A stretch of 64,000 bases of DNA from Thermoplasmata archaeon (GTDB taxonomy: Archaea > Thermoplasmatota > Thermoplasmata > Lutacidiplasmatales > UBA184). Positions 1-8,247 of the stretch are shown here, piece after piece (position 1 is the stretch's first letter; every line of letters begins with the position of its first letter). The stretch covers positions 47,244-111,243 of the forward strand of contig DAHUZP010000017.1 of the NCBI GenBank assembly GCA_027306505.1, given 5' to 3'. The notes beneath the pieces are model-generated. The model had not been told where the DNA came from, did not search any database, and saw only the letters and a list, made by a program, of their open reading frames with translations. The translations under genes were made by a program, and so were the position numbers.

Positions 1-1
1 C

Positions 2-328
2 CCCCTGCCTCGGGAGGTCCAGGACATGGTCAACGCGGCGATCTCCGGCGACTTCCACGGGGCCCGGGAGCGGCTCTTCACGCTCTTCACCGAGCGCGGG
101 GCGAGCGGGGAGGACGTGGTGAAGGCGATCCACGGCTACCTCGCGACCCTCGCCGTGCCCGATCAGGAGCGGGTGCGGCTGGTGGACGCGCTGGCCGAGG
201 TCGAGTTCCGCATCGTCGAGGGGGCCTCTGAACGGATCCAGCTCGAGTCGTTCCTGACCCGACTGGTCCTCCTCCGCTCCACACTCCACCCGGGGAGCTC
301 CTCCGCGAGCGCTCCCTCCGCTCGATGA
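2..328 (+). CDS. Replication factor C small subunit, C-terminal part (gene truncated at the window edge)
   Basis: The frame is open from the window start. The ...AISGDFHGARERLFTL... and ...FRIVEGASERIQLESFLTRLVLL... segments resemble the Rep_fac_C domain of archaeal RFC small subunits. Confidence 0.5.
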   Translation, partial: PLPREVQDMVNAAISGDFHGARERLFTLFTERGASGEDVVKAIHGYLATLAVPDQERVRLVDALAEVEFRIVEGASERIQLESFLTRLVLLRSTLHPGSSSASAPSAR

Positions 329-846
329 GCCGCCCAACCTCCCCCCCGCTTCCTCGTCGGGCCCGCTCCCACGGGCGCGGTCCTCGCGGTGGAGGGGCCC
401 GGCAGCGCGACATCTCGGGGAAGCCCGTGACCCACCGCCGCGCCCTGGTCGAAGGGGAGCTCCGCCTCTCGGAGGCCGCCCGCCGGGCGATCGAAGAGGG
501 GCGCGTCGAGAAGGGCGACCCGCTCTCCGCGGGCAGCCTCGCAGGGCTCTCCGCGATGAAGCGCACCTCCGAGCTCATCCCCCACTGCCATCTCGTCCCG
601 CTCACGACGAGCCGGGTCGAGCTGGAGCTCGGAGGGCAGGGGGTCCGGGTCCGGGCGGAGGCTCAAGCGCTCTGGTCGACCGGGGTCGAGATGGAGGCCC
701 TGGTCGGCGCGACGCTCGCCCTGCTCACGGTCTGGGACATGGTGAAATACCTCGAGAAGGATGCGCGCGGCCAATATCCCGCGACGGTCCTGGGGCCGGT
801 CCGGGTCGTCCGGAAGGTCAAGGAACGCGTCGCGCGGTCGAGGTGA
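325..846 (+). CDS. moaC: Cyclic pyranopterin monophosphate synthase MoaC
   Basis: ...GKPVTHRRALVEGEL...MKRTSELIPHCHLVPL...EMEALVGATLALLTVWDMVK... is typical of MoaC. The ATG overlaps the upstream stop (ATGA). The N-terminal ~25 aa are R/P-rich, so the true start may lie further downstream. Confidence 0.75.
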   Translation: MSRPTSPPLPRRARSHGRGPRGGGARQRDISGKPVTHRRALVEGELRLSEAARRAIEEGRVEKGDPLSAGSLAGLSAMKRTSELIPHCHLVPLTTSRVELELGGQGVRVRAEAQALWSTGVEMEALVGATLALLTVWDMVKYLEKDARGQYPATVLGPVRVVRKVKERVARSR

Positions 847-849
847 ACG

Positions 850-1434
850 ATGACCCCCCCCGGTTCCAACTACGCTCCGACGTCCCATGCCGCTGCGCTC
901 TCCGCCGGTGGATCGAACCAGGCCTCGGCCCCGTCCGCTTCCCGGCATCATCTGGGGTTCTCCCGTCCGCTCGCCTTCGGGGTCCTCACCACCTCGGACA
1001 CGCACACCGAGGAGGACGACGAGTCGGGCTTGCTCGTGAAGCAGATGCTGAGCGAGGGGGGCCACCGCATCGCCCACTACGCCCTCGTCGCGAACTCCGT
1101 CGCGGACATCCGCGAGACCGTCGGCAAGTGGCTCGAGGACACGCACTTGGAGGCGATCGTCACCATCGGTGGGACGGGCGTGAGCTCCCGTGACGTCACG
1201 GTCGAGGCCCTCGCCGGGATGGGGGGCAAGGTCCTGGAAGGGTTCGGCGACCTCTACCGGGTGCTGAGCTACGAGGAAGTGGGCCCGCTCGCGGTGCTGA
1301 GCCGCGCGAGCCTCTTCGCGATCCAGAACCGACCGGTCTTCGCCGTTCCAGGTTCCGAGCGAGGATGCCGTCTCGCCCTCGGGAAGCTCATCCTGCCGGC
1401 CGCGGAACACCTCGTCGAGGAGCTCGCGCGCTGA
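850..1434 (+). CDS. moaB: Molybdopterin adenylyltransferase MoaB/MogA family
   Basis: ...GVLTTSDT...IVTIGGTGVSSRDVTVEAL...GFGDLYRVLSYEEVGPLAVLSRA... matches the MogA/MoaB fold signature. The N-terminal ~40 aa are low-complexity, so the start is uncertain. Confidence 0.75.
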   Translation: MTPPGSNYAPTSHAAALSAGGSNQASAPSASRHHLGFSRPLAFGVLTTSDTHTEEDDESGLLVKQMLSEGGHRIAHYALVANSVADIRETVGKWLEDTHLEAIVTIGGTGVSSRDVTVEALAGMGGKVLEGFGDLYRVLSYEEVGPLAVLSRASLFAIQNRPVFAVPGSERGCRLALGKLILPAAEHLVEELAR

Positions 1435-1527
1435 AGGGCGCCCGGGGCATGGGTCCGCGGGAGCTCTCCCCACCGGTTGGGAAAAGGGGTTTAACTCCCC
1501 ACGGCGTGCCGAGGGTAAGGTGGCTGT

Positions 1528-1845
1528 ATGGGTGTTAAGGACCTGGATTCGGCGAGTTTCTCGAAGTTCCCCCAGGAGAACTCCGTCGCGATGGTGGACG
1601 TCTGGGCGCCCTGGTGCGGCCCCTGCCGGATGGTCTCCCCGATCGTCGAGCGCCTATCGAAGAAGTACGACGGCAAGGTCGGGTTCGGCAAGCTCAACTC
1701 GGACGACAACTCCGAGACGGCCCAGCAGCTGGGCGTCATGAGCATCCCCACGCTCCTCTTCTACAAGAGCGGCAAGCTCGTCGACCGCATCGTCGGGGCC
1801 TACCCCGAGGATGTGATCGAGGAGCACCTCAAGAAGCTCCTCTGA
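1528..1845 (+). CDS. trxA: Thioredoxin
   Basis: WAPWCGPCR active site. 105 aa. An SD-like GGTAAGGTGG lies upstream and a TTTAAC TATA-like box about 35 nt upstream. Confidence 0.85.
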   Translation: MGVKDLDSASFSKFPQENSVAMVDVWAPWCGPCRMVSPIVERLSKKYDGKVGFGKLNSDDNSETAQQLGVMSIPTLLFYKSGKLVDRIVGAYPEDVIEEHLKKLL

Positions 1846-2024
1846 ACGGGTCGCGCGCTCATTCGGCGCCGCCTCCCGGCGTGGGGGGGAGACGAGGTGG
1901 GGGGCGGGACCTACGCTTGGGGGGCCCTGCTGACGTACACGGCATCTTCTCCGTCCCAGCGGACGCGACGCTTGTTTCTTATCCGCCCCTCCGTAGGACG
2001 TTGCCCGCACCTCGGGCCGCGCGT

Positions 2025-2046
2025 GCGCCGGTGGCTCAGCCTGGAT
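2025..2046 (+). repeat. attL: 22-bp exact copy of the 5' end of tRNA-Arg (gcgccggtggctcagcctggat)
   Basis: Identical 22-mer at 2025-2046 and 6898-6919. The flanking bases differ between the two copies. Confidence 0.7.
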
Positions 2047-2111
2047 GGTGCGTCCCCCGTCAGAGACGTCGCCCGATTTGGCCCCTTCGCGGTCACGTAC
2101 CCTCCGCTCGC

Positions 2112-3161
2112 CTATCTCGCCCGCAATACGGGCTTGTCGGGGGCTTCCAGGAGGCGGGACACCCTGACCAGGTTCTCCTGGTCCTCCCCAGCGTAGTGCA
2201 TCGCCAGGGTGTCGGGGGTCTTCGCCGAATGTCCCAGAAAGTCGTGCAGGTCGTGGGGGGTCGCCCCCCGCTCCCGCAGGGTGCGGGCCGCACCGCGTCG
2301 CAGGTCGTGGTTGGCGAGTCGGATCCCGACCCTCTCCCCCGCACGGGAGACCATCATGTCGATGGCATGGTCCGACCACGGAACCAGCCGGTCCCCGTCC
2401 ACGTGGACCAGCAGGTAGTCCGACGGGGCTCGCCCTTGCGCCCACTGCTCGCGGAGCTTCTCGTACCACCGTAGCTCGCGCTTCAGCGGCTCGAGCAACT
2501 CCGCCCAGTGGGTCACACGGTCGTACCCCTCCTTCTGCCTGATGCCGATTTTCGCGGCGTCCCAGCGCACATCCCCGCAGCGCGCCCGCATCACGGACAC
2601 CCGACGGAACCCAGCGAAGTACTCCAGCGCAAGGACCACACGCTCTAGTCCCTGCGCGTGGTCCATCAACAGGTCGAACTCCTTGCGCGTGGTCCGTCTC
2701 AGGGGTCCCGTCACGTCGGGGAACCGTCGCTTCAGCACCAGGATGGGCTTGCGAATCGTCGTGTTCCCCTGGTCCGTGAGGAACGACGACAGCCACCCCA
2801 GGTTGGTTCGCACGGTCTTCGGGGCCTCGCCCAGATAGGGCAAGAGCGCCGCGAGATGCGACGGCCCGAACTGTTCCGGCGTGACCGGCATCCCAAGGTC
2901 GGTGGCGAGGAGGCGGCCCAGGCGGGCAAGCTGTGTCCGCACCGTCCTTCCCGGGCGCCCCAGGTACTTGCTTTCCTCTCGGCGTTTCGTTTCCACCCAT
3001 GCTCTGCCTGTCTCTGCCCACCGTCGTGCCGATGTCGGCACGGCGGGTTCCTCCGAATGAACGGAGGAGGCGTCCCCTACTTGGTCGTTGGGGAAGAGAT
3101 GTGCAAGGGAGGTGGCGGGAAGAGCGGTGTACGCGCCCTCCCCGCCGGGGACTCCCGTCAC
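2112..3161 (-). CDS. Tyrosine recombinase / phage-type integrase
   Basis: C-terminal ...HDLRRGAARTLRERGATPHDLHDFLGHSAKTPDTLAMHYAGE... gives the R..H..R..Y catalytic signature. It lies beside a tRNA-derived repeat. Confidence 0.85.
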   Translation of the reverse strand: MTGVPGGEGAYTALPATSLAHLFPNDQVGDASSVHSEEPAVPTSARRWAETGRAWVETKRREESKYLGRPGRTVRTQLARLGRLLATDLGMPVTPEQFGPSHLAALLPYLGEAPKTVRTNLGWLSSFLTDQGNTTIRKPILVLKRRFPDVTGPLRRTTRKEFDLLMDHAQGLERVVLALEYFAGFRRVSVMRARCGDVRWDAAKIGIRQKEGYDRVTHWAELLEPLKRELRWYEKLREQWAQGRAPSDYLLVHVDGDRLVPWSDHAIDMMVSRAGERVGIRLANHDLRRGAARTLRERGATPHDLHDFLGHSAKTPDTLAMHYAGEDQENLVRVSRLLEAPDKPVLRAR

Positions 3162-3283
3162 TACCGAGGCGAGCCGCCTTCAAGAAGGCATCGGCACCCC
3201 TCACCGACCGTACACGGCAGCGCGGGGGAAGAGGTTGCGGAAGAGGGTGGGCCCGGCACGTCGGTTCTCCTGGGCCGGCGGTC

Positions 3284-3604
3284 CTACACCTGGGGGGCCG
3301 CGCGAGGACGACCCCACGCCGCCTCGTACAACGATCCCAGGCCAGCCAACCGCGCAGCCTCGCTCAGCCGCGGCGCCACCTCACGCATCACCCGCGAGTA
3401 GGCAGGCGCGACCACCTCTCCGGCGTGCGCCAACTGGCGGCGCACGTCCTGGAGCTCGGGCTTCTGCCACGCGTCACGAACCGCGACGGACAGCGCCTCC
3501 CGCCCGACCTCCCCGGTCAGCACCGGCCGCGGAACCGTCCGCGCGGCGGTCTCGGTCTCGTTCGTCACAAGGCGTTCCTTCGTCACCACTTCGACTTCTG
3601 GCAT
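3284..3604 (-). CDS. Hypothetical protein (element-borne)
   Basis: 106-aa ORF with strong SD (GGAGGAGGG) upstream. Its start abuts the stop of the ORF above it. Confidence 0.4.
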   Translation of the reverse strand: MPEVEVVTKERLVTNETETAARTVPRPVLTGEVGREALSVAVRDAWQKPELQDVRRQLAHAGEVVAPAYSRVMREVAPRLSEAARLAGLGSLYEAAWGRPRAAPQV

Positions 3605-3988
3605 CTACGTTCCCTCCTCCGGCTTGTCCGAAGGAGCAGGAACGGCCCGAGGTGGGGGCAACGAGCTCCGGGCCTCACCCGGCGGAAGCGATGGACGCAC
3701 ACCTTCCGCCGAAGGCACGAGCTTCAGGTTCACCGTGATCCCGCGACGGGCGCCCTCGAGCGTCCCACGCACCAGCTCCTCTTCCTCTCCGACCGCCACG
3801 TAGAGAGGCGACCCATCGGCCTGCTCATCCGTGGGGACCACGATCACCGCCCGTCGCGCCGTCTCCATCGGCGACAGCCCAACCTCGAGCCCGGCCTCGA
3901 GAGCGGCATGACCTCGCGCCAACAGCACCAGAGTCGCCCGCACAGTCTCTCCCGCCGCCGCTCGCGCCGCCTCTGTTTCCTCGCTCAT
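3605..3988 (-). CDS. Hypothetical protein (element-borne)
   Basis: Internal ATG at 3988 is preceded by a GAGGT SD. 127 aa. Tightly packed with its neighbours. Confidence 0.4.
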   Translation of the reverse strand: MSEETEAARAAAGETVRATLVLLARGHAALEAGLEVGLSPMETARRAVIVVPTDEQADGSPLYVAVGEEEELVRGTLEGARRGITVNLKLVPSAEGVRPSLPPGEARSSLPPPRAVPAPSDKPEEGT

Positions 3989-4404
3989 TGCAACCTCTGA
4001 AGGTGGAAGGTACTCGTGCCGACCACCGCACCGCCCCACCGCACGCGACGCAGAGCAGGGCGCGGTTCCGCCGCAGGAACGGGCGCGAGATGGACCGTCA
4101 AGGCCATCCCAGACAGCCGAGCCAGGACCAGTCGAAGACGACCAATCCAAGCATCGCGGAACGACCGCGCCACGGGCGAGTCGTAGCTCACCTCATCGAC
4201 GGTGTGGATCCGGCCCGGACCGTTGAACTGCTGAGCCAGCAGGTCTCGCGGCGTGACCGACGACGCTGGAGCTCGCCAGCCCTGGCGGAGCCGGGACCCG
4301 CACGCGGGACACTTCTGCATCCAACGCACAGTCCGTAGACGGCCCGCGCTACCGACACGACCTGTCGCTACTGTCCCGCAGTCGCTAGCACTCTCGGTAG
4401 GCAC
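3985..4404 (-). CDS. Hypothetical protein with a single CxxC motif (element-borne)
   Basis: 139-aa ORF carrying CPACGS. It overlaps the next start by 4 nt. Weak support. Confidence 0.3.
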   Translation of the reverse strand: MPTESASDCGTVATGRVGSAGRLRTVRWMQKCPACGSRLRQGWRAPASSVTPRDLLAQQFNGPGRIHTVDEVSYDSPVARSFRDAWIGRLRLVLARLSGMALTVHLAPVPAAEPRPALRRVRWGGAVVGTSTFHLQRLQ

Positions 4405-4457
4405 GGGGGGGTAGTCCCCCTGACGGGGTTAACCATGCGGGATAGGATAGGCCAAGC

Positions 4458-5009
4458 TTGGCCAACCACCCGGACAGACCGTCCAGAAGACGGCCCGCCG
4501 AGGAGGGAGCCCCAACATATATTCCCGACGCAGTGCCTAGGGAGATGGTCAAAGACCGCACCAAGGCCCAGGCAGAGACGACGGAGGACTATCCCCCGGA
4601 GTCCTTCCTCCGAGAGATGGAGCGACGGTCGCATGAACGGGAAATCCCCCTCGCAGAGGTCCTGAAGGAAGCGAGGCTGCGAGCGGGGCCCACGACATAT
4701 ACCACCGACACCTTCCTCACCTCGATGGCCGAACCATGGCTCCAGTTCCACGACCGCCGACGACCGCGTCTCACCGCCGCCCAGAAAGAGGCGCGGCACG
4801 CGGCCGTCCCCCAGAAGGTCCAGGCGTTGCGCCAGATCGCGGACTACCTCAAGATCGCGGACCGCCTCAAGAAGTGTCCGCTGTGCAGACCGCAGTTGCG
4901 CATCGAACCGACCATCGAGAACATCAACTCGCTCACGATCGCGATCAACCGCCTCCAGGCGAAGCACGACCGGCACGTCGCCCAGGACGCCGAGTCGTCA
5001 CGCGCGTAG
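4458..5009 (+). CDS. Hypothetical protein (element-borne)
   Basis: 183-aa ORF with balanced composition (K/E/Y present). TTG or internal ATG start. It diverges from the small-ORF operon and has CPLCRPQ near the C-terminus. Confidence 0.4.
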   Translation: MANHPDRPSRRRPAEEGAPTYIPDAVPREMVKDRTKAQAETTEDYPPESFLREMERRSHEREIPLAEVLKEARLRAGPTTYTTDTFLTSMAEPWLQFHDRRRPRLTAAQKEARHAAVPQKVQALRQIADYLKIADRLKKCPLCRPQLRIEPTIENINSLTIAINRLQAKHDRHVAQDAESSRA

Positions 5010-5010
5010 G

Positions 5011-6459
5011 TCACCACAGTCGCTCCTCCCGAGGAGCCATCAGTCCATGCGGCCCGTACCGATCTCCGTACCTCGCCCCCAGCTCGGACGGTGTCACCGG
5101 ATTCAACGCCGCGCTGTCCTCCTCACCGTCCTCCTTCGGCTCGTCAACCAGTTCGTACACCTGCACATCACGGATCCACGACGGCGGCGGCGGACCGTCC
5201 AGCGTCTTCGCCCAGGGATTCCGATCCAACGCCCATCCGTCCCCCTGCGCCACCAACACGTACCCACCGATCCCCTCACACGCGGCCCCGCAGATCGGGC
5301 ACTCGAGCACGCGCTCCTTCGGCTCCTCCTCCCCGAGCCGCCTCCGCATCTCCGCCTTCAGCCAGTCCATATCCACCAATCGCAACGCGCCGAACTCGAC
5401 GATTGTGTGTCCCCTCGGTAGTACAGCGGCGTGACCGAGCTCGTAGGTCAGGTGTCCCTCAAGCTTCCGCCCCGTATACCACACGAACGGGCTCGCCGGA
5501 TCTCCATGCGCAGTCACGACCTTCACAACCCATCCAGTCCGCGCCTCGTAGCTCTCCGACGGGCTCTCACACAGGCACTCCTTTCCCACGGCGTGGCACC
5601 GCTCGCCCTCCCCTGAGAACGGACGGCACGCACGGCACGACGGCCGATGCCGACGCCGAATGTCCAGGCCCAGAACCAGCATGTGAGCGTGCGGGCCCCA
5701 CGTCGTGTAGCCCTCCCCCTCACAACCCCGCCAGAGATGGACAACAGCCGTCCCGGCGGTCAGGACACCACCCATCTCCCAGAGACCCGCCACGTTCTCT
5801 GCATGTCGACGGACTGCCGCCACCACCTTCCCATCGTCCTCCCCCTCCGCGTAGACCCCTGGAGGAGCACTCACAACCACCTGGAGCCAGCCATCCGACA
5901 TCCGAGACTCCAACCGGATCACACCCGCCCCTCCGCACCTCGTGCAACGCTCCCGGCATCCCTTCACCCCGCAATCGATCCGAGGCACCTTGCGGCATCC
6001 AGAGCACACGGTGTAGCCCTTCCCACGACACCGGGGGCAGTTCACCGCCAGTCCTCCGCCCCCAGGATTCTCCCTCGATACAGGTTGCACCAGACGCCTG
6101 AACAGCTCAAGCTTCTTCGCCTCCTCTCCAGCGAGCTCATGCGCCCACGCACCACCCCCGTGCGCCTTCCTCAACACACACCGTTCCAACGTCCCATCGC
6201 ACCTCCCCGCGCAGGTCGGGCAACCCGGGGTCAAGCAACCCAGATGGACCCCCACGACCGCCGCGTGGTCGGGCGCCACGTGCTTCAGGCGGGTGTGAAA
6301 CGTCCCGCAGCCTGGCGGTCGCGCCCCCTGCCCCGGAAGGCTCGCGTGGCGCTCGGACCCCCAGGACCCCCCCCCCGGGAGGCTCGCAGGAGCCCACGAC
6401 CCCCTCCCAATATCCTCTATGGGGGCTGGATAAGGAGGCGGGACGGAGGAGACGGCCAC
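5011..6459 (-). CDS. Cys-rich putative replication initiator (HUH-like motif)
   Basis: 482 aa. Several CxxC clusters (CPTCAGRC, CPRCRGKGYTVCSGCRK...CTRCGG, CPICGAAC). GPHAHMLVLG resembles an HUH motif 2, and VWYTGRK...HLTYELGH are possible catalytic Tyr segments. The opposite-strand ORF is P/R junk. Confidence 0.5.
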   Translation of the reverse strand: MAVSSVPPPYPAPIEDIGRGSWAPASLPGGGSWGSERHASLPGQGARPPGCGTFHTRLKHVAPDHAAVVGVHLGCLTPGCPTCAGRCDGTLERCVLRKAHGGGAWAHELAGEEAKKLELFRRLVQPVSRENPGGGGLAVNCPRCRGKGYTVCSGCRKVPRIDCGVKGCRERCTRCGGAGVIRLESRMSDGWLQVVVSAPPGVYAEGEDDGKVVAAVRRHAENVAGLWEMGGVLTAGTAVVHLWRGCEGEGYTTWGPHAHMLVLGLDIRRRHRPSCRACRPFSGEGERCHAVGKECLCESPSESYEARTGWVVKVVTAHGDPASPFVWYTGRKLEGHLTYELGHAAVLPRGHTIVEFGALRLVDMDWLKAEMRRRLGEEEPKERVLECPICGAACEGIGGYVLVAQGDGWALDRNPWAKTLDGPPPPSWIRDVQVYELVDEPKEDGEEDSAALNPVTPSELGARYGDRYGPHGLMAPREERLW

Positions 6460-6897
6460 GGTCTACCACCTCGGGTCGGCGGTCGAGAGGCAACGCTGAG
6501 CGTGGGTGGGGCACCACGCGCCGAGCTGGTCCGCGAGGTCGCCACCGCGGACGTGGGCCCCGGCAGAGCAACCGCAATCGGCGCAGGGACCGCCGGGAGC
6601 CCTCGCGTGCTCCTGGGACGTAAGCGGTGTCAGGGGGGGGCGCGTCGAGGGCTCAGAGACGCCCCGGAGCACGTTCCCGACACGGAAGGAGAGGGAGCCC
6701 CCGGTTTCCCGGGGGGAAGGGGTTGACGGTTGGCGCGTTGTGTCACGACGGCGGGCTCGGAGGAGGCAGAGCAGCGAGTCGAACGCGGCGCCGGAGTCGC
6801 AAGGGCCTGGGGCGGGGAGCGACGCTCTTATCTCCCGAAGGCTCGGGCCGGGCGAGGGGCGTTGCCCGGAAAGGGCCGTTTTCGGGCAGCGTCCTAG

Positions 6898-6972
6898 GCG
6901 CCGGTGGCTCAGCCTGGATAGAGCGTTCGGTTCCTAACCGAAACGTCGTGGGTCCGAATCCCACCCGGCGCG
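6898..6972 (+). tRNA. tRNA-Arg (anticodon CCT), no encoded CCA
   Basis: Hand-folded cloverleaf: acceptor GCGCCGG/CCGGCGC, D-arm GCTC-AGCCTGGATA-GAGC, anticodon stem TTCGG/CCGAA with loop TTCCTAA, T-arm GTGGG-TCCGAAT-CCCAC, discriminator G. Confidence 0.85.
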
Positions 6973-7013
6973 TAGAGCGGCCCGGGCCGAAGCGGGGAGG
7001 AGAGGCCCCACCG

Positions 7014-8063
7014 ATGCAACGCGCGCGGGAGAGGAGGGACCGCGGTGAGGACCGCTCCCCGCCTCGCCCCCGCTCCCGCTCCCGCGGGGAAGCTCCGAAG
7101 GGTGGGGTACCTTCCCGGGCGCAGTATCGAGGTTCGGGGAGGTTCCAGCGGGCCGGGCCCTACGAGGTCGAGCGGGAATGGCGCCGGTTCGAGGGCACGC
7201 CTCAACGAGAGCTCCTGCGCACGCTCCGCGAGCGGTTCCTGGAGAGGGCCCTGGAGACCTCGGGCCCCGTGGCGCGAGCCCTGGAGGTGGGCCCGGGGCC
7301 GGGCCGGTTCTCTCCCTGGGTCGCCCAGGGTGCGCGTCGCGTCGTTCTCTTAGAGCTCTCTCCCGCGATGTTGGAGGCGGCCCTGCGGTCCGCCCCGAGG
7401 GGCCCGCCGGTCCCGCGGGGCTCCTCGAGGACCCCCGAGACCGTGTGGGAGCCGCTGCTGGGGGACGCGAGGAGGCTCCCCTTGCGTCGGGAGAGCTTCC
7501 CGAGGGTCGTCGCGCTCGGCAACGTGGTCGGCTTCGCCGCCCCGAAGGGGGCCGCGCTGCTCCGGGACCTCGCCGAGACCGTCGCCCCTGGCGGAACGCT
7601 CATCGTGGAGAGCGTCGGGGCCGTGAAAGAGCGGCCACGCTTCCTCGCCTCCCTCAACGGGGAAGGAATCCTGGCGCTGCTCGCCCGGACCCCCCTGGAG
7701 GAGCTCCCCCGTCGCCTCGCCGAGGGGTGGGCACCGCCCTCTTCCGACCGGTCGCCCCGCTCTCCAGAGCGGAGCCGGGAGGGCGAGCTTCCCTCCAGCT
7801 TCCAGTTCCTCTCCGCCTCCGAGGTCCGAGGGACCCTCGAACGCTGCGGCCTCCTGGTCCGGCGACAGAGGGTCATGGCTCCCCTCCTGGGGGACGATCC
7901 CCGCCGCCTCCTCTGGGTCAGCGAGCGGGGAGGGCCCCGCTCCTGGCGGGCCTTGCTCCAGTGGGAGGAGACGGCAGGGGGCCACCCTCGCATCGTGGAG
8001 GCAGGGGGTCACCTGCTCACCTTCGCGACACGGCCAGGGGTCCCGAGGAGCGTCGGGGTCTAA
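7014..8063 (+). CDS. Class I SAM-dependent methyltransferase
   Basis: Motif I LEVGPGPGRF and post-I ...PRVVALGNVVGF... plus GGTLIVE. The N-terminal ~60 aa are R-rich, so the start may be later. The upstream part of the computed ORF overlaps the tRNA and is rejected. Confidence 0.55.
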   Translation: MQRARERRDRGEDRSPPRPRSRSRGEAPKGGVPSRAQYRGSGRFQRAGPYEVEREWRRFEGTPQRELLRTLRERFLERALETSGPVARALEVGPGPGRFSPWVAQGARRVVLLELSPAMLEAALRSAPRGPPVPRGSSRTPETVWEPLLGDARRLPLRRESFPRVVALGNVVGFAAPKGAALLRDLAETVAPGGTLIVESVGAVKERPRFLASLNGEGILALLARTPLEELPRRLAEGWAPPSSDRSPRSPERSREGELPSSFQFLSASEVRGTLERCGLLVRRQRVMAPLLGDDPRRLLWVSERGGPRSWRALLQWEETAGGHPRIVEAGGHLLTFATRPGVPRSVGV

Positions 8064-8247
8064 CACGTCTCCCAGCTAGCCCTCTTATGGGGGACCCCTC
8101 ATCCCCACCCGTGCGACCTGCGGACGCTTCCGCTGCACGCTCGATCGCCCGGACGCTCCCCCTCCTGCTGTTCTCGTGCGCCCCCCTTGGGGGACCTGCG
8201 CTTGGGGCGCCCCAAGCTCGAAGCTCGGGCGGGCCCCAGGGGGTCCC

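Larger units (their letters stand above)
2025..6919. mobile_element. Integrated element (~4.9 kb) inserted in the 5' half of tRNA-Arg(CCT)
   Basis: Bounded by 22-bp direct repeats. It carries the tyrosine integrase 66 bp from attL, a compact operon of small ORFs and a 482-aa Cys-rich protein with an HUH-like motif. The intact tRNA sits at the right end. Confidence 0.65.

Noticed and set aside
163-1473. 436-aa minus-strand ORF covering moaC/moaB
   Set aside because: Antisense to two well-supported genes. The composition is R/P/G-rich, typical of spurious ORFs in 70% GC DNA.
1654-3204. 516-aa minus ORF and 286-aa plus ORF overlapping the integrase
   Set aside because: Alternative frames of the integrase region with low-complexity R/G/P composition. 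The integrase frame carries the catalytic motifs.
5091-6101. 336-aa plus-strand ORF inside the Cys-rich Rep-like gene
   Set aside because: Almost pure P/R/S/T composition. It is antisense to the better gene.
6627-7013. 5' portion of the 478-aa ORF that reads through the tRNA-Arg
   Set aside because: It overlaps a structurally sound tRNA. Only the part downstream of the tRNA (from ATG 7014) has methyltransferase motifs.
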